DNA of 64,000 nt, from positions 8,556,001 through 8,620,000 of the forward strand of contig NC_090404.1 of assembly GCF_036365525.1 (NCBI RefSeq), written 5' to 3'. Below the pieces are notes generated by a model, which worked only from the letters and a program-made list of their open reading frames with translations, searched no databases and was not told the DNA's origin. This document shows, piece by piece, positions 61,952 to 64,000 of this stretch (positions are counted from its first letter, which is position 1; each line of letters opens with the position of its first letter). The DNA is from Heterodontus francisci. Its lineage: Eukaryota. Both the position numbers and the translations under genes were made by a program.

Positions 61952-64000
61952 GTAATAAAAACAAGAAATGCTGGAACCACTCAGCAGGTCTGGCAGCACC
62001 TGTGGAAAGAGAAGCAGAGTTAACGTTTCGGGTCAGTGACCCTTCATCGGAACTGACAAATATTAGAAAAGTCACAGGTTATAAGCAAGTGAGGTGGGGG
62101 TTGGGCAAGAGATAACAAAGGAGGTCTAGATTGGACCAGGTCACATAGCTGACCAAAAGGTCACGGAGCAAAGGCAAGCAATGTGTTAATGATGTGTTGA
62201 AAGACAAAGCATTAGTACAGATTAGGTGTGAATACACTGAATATTGAACAGCAGCAAGTGCAAACCTGAAAAAAAACAGTGGGTAGGCAAACTGAACAAA
62301 CTAAGATGAAATGAACTAAATGCAAAAAAAAAATTGTAAAAAATGTAAAAAAGAATGTCAAAAAAAGGAAGAAAAAAATAACTAAAAGTGAAAGTAAAAT
62401 GGGGGGCTGTCATGCTCTGAAATTATTGAACTCAATGTTCAGTCCGGCAGGCTGTAGTGTGCCTAATCGGTAGATGAGATGCTGTTCCTCGAGCTTGCAT
62501 TGATGTTCAGTGGAACACTGCAGCAATCCCAGGACAGAGATGTGAGCATGAGAGCTGGGGGGAGTGTTGAAATGGCAAGCAATCGGAAGCTCAGGGTCCT
62601 GCTTGCGGACTGAGTGGAGATGTTCCGCAAAGCGGTCACCCAGTCTGCGCTTGGTCTCCCCACTGTGAGCAGCGAATACAGTATACTACATTGAAAGAAG
62701 TACAAGTAAATCACTGCTTCACCTGAAAGGAGTGTTTGGGGCCTGGGATAGTGAGGAGAGAGGAGGTAAATGGGCAGGTATTACACCTCCTGCGATTGCA
62801 GGGGAAGGTGCCATGGGACGGGGACGAAGTGGTGGGTGTAATGGAGGAGTGGACTAGGGTGTCGCGGAGGGAACGATCCCTTCGGAATGCTGACAGGGGA
62901 AGGGAGGGGAAGATGTGACTGGTAGTGGCATCACGCTGGAGGTGGCGGAAATGGCGGAGGATGATCCTTTGGATATGGAGGCTGGTGGGGTGAAAAGTGA
63001 GGACAAGGGGAACCCAGTCACCGTTCTGGGAGGTAGGGGAAGGGGTGAGGGTAGAGGTGCGGGGAATGGGCCGGACACAGTTGAGGGCCCTGTCAACCAC
63101 AGTGGGGGGAAATCCTCGGTTGAGGAAAAAGGAGCTCATATCAGAAGCACCGTCATGGAAGGTAGCATGATCAGAGCAGATGCGTCGGAGATGGAGAAAC
63201 TGGGAGATTGGAATGGAGTCCTTACAGAAGGTAGGGTGTGAAGAAGTGTAGTCGAGGTAGCTGTGGGAGTCAGTGTGCTTGTAATGGATATTAGTAGACA
63301 ACCTATCCCCAGAAATGGAGACAGAGAAGTCGAGGAAGGGAAGGGAAGTGTCAGAGATGGACCATGTAAAGGTGAGAGAAGGGTGGAAATTGGAAGCAAA
63401 GTTGATAAAGTTTTCTGGTTCGGGGCGGGAGCAGGAAACGGCACCGATACAGTCATCGATGTACCGGAAAAAGAGTTGGGGGAGGGGGCCTGAGTAGGAC
63501 TGGAACAAAGAATGCTCGACATATCCCACAAAACGACAGGCATAACTAGGACCCATGCGGGTACCCATAGCAACACCTTTTACTTGAAGGAAGTGCGTGG
63601 AGTTGAAGGGGAAGTTGTTCAATGTAAGAACAAGTTCAGCCAGGCGGAGAAGGGTGGTGGTGGATGGGGACTGGTTGGGCCTCTGTTCCAGGAAGAAGCA
63701 GAGAGCCCTCAAACCATCCTGGCGGGGGATGGAGGTGTAGAGCGATTGGACGTCCATAGTGAAGAGGAGGCAGTTGGGACCAGGAAACTGGAAATTGTCA
63801 AAATGACGTAGGGCGTCAGAAGAGTCACGGATGTAGGTGGGAAGAGACTGGACCCACGGAGAAAGGATAGAGTATAGATAGGAAGAAATAAGTTCAGTGG
63901 GCAGGAGCAGGCTGACACAATGGGTCTGCCGGGACAGTCCCGTTTGTGGATTTTGGGAAGGAGGTAGAAGCGGGCTGTCCGGGATTGTGGGACTATGAGG
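61952..64000 (-). mobile_element. Penelope-like retroelement, runs off the window end
   Basis: 348-aa ORF 62711-63757 with GVAMGTRMGPSYA and FFRYIDD; GIY-YIG remnant; pLTR at 61952-62200. Confidence 0.92.

Overview
Vertebrate genomic DNA from a cartilaginous fish (shark), not a microbe. The Ig constant exons closely resemble horn-shark-type IgM as I recall it. The window is part of an antigen-receptor region of TCR alpha/delta type. It holds two tandemly duplicated NAR-TCR cassettes on the minus strand, each with leader, IgNAR-like V, 12/12 D, J and a leaderless 'supporting' TCRdelta V. Each supporting V is followed not by one RSS but by a 63-bp-period tandem array of 23-RSSs (7 and 3 units). 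There are about six further TCR V pseudogenes in both orientations. At the left end two headless constant genes sit back-to-back: a degenerate TCR alpha/delta-class constant gene (C exon, probable hinge exon, TM exon; minus strand, missed by the ORF track) and a truncated IgM constant remnant (Cmu1 broken, Cmu2 intact, no Cmu3/Cmu4/secretory tail, two TM1 exons; plus strand). The rest is CR1-type LINEs, tRNA-derived SINEs, Penelope-like elements and minisatellites. All identifications come from manual translation and recalled family motifs; no database searches were run.
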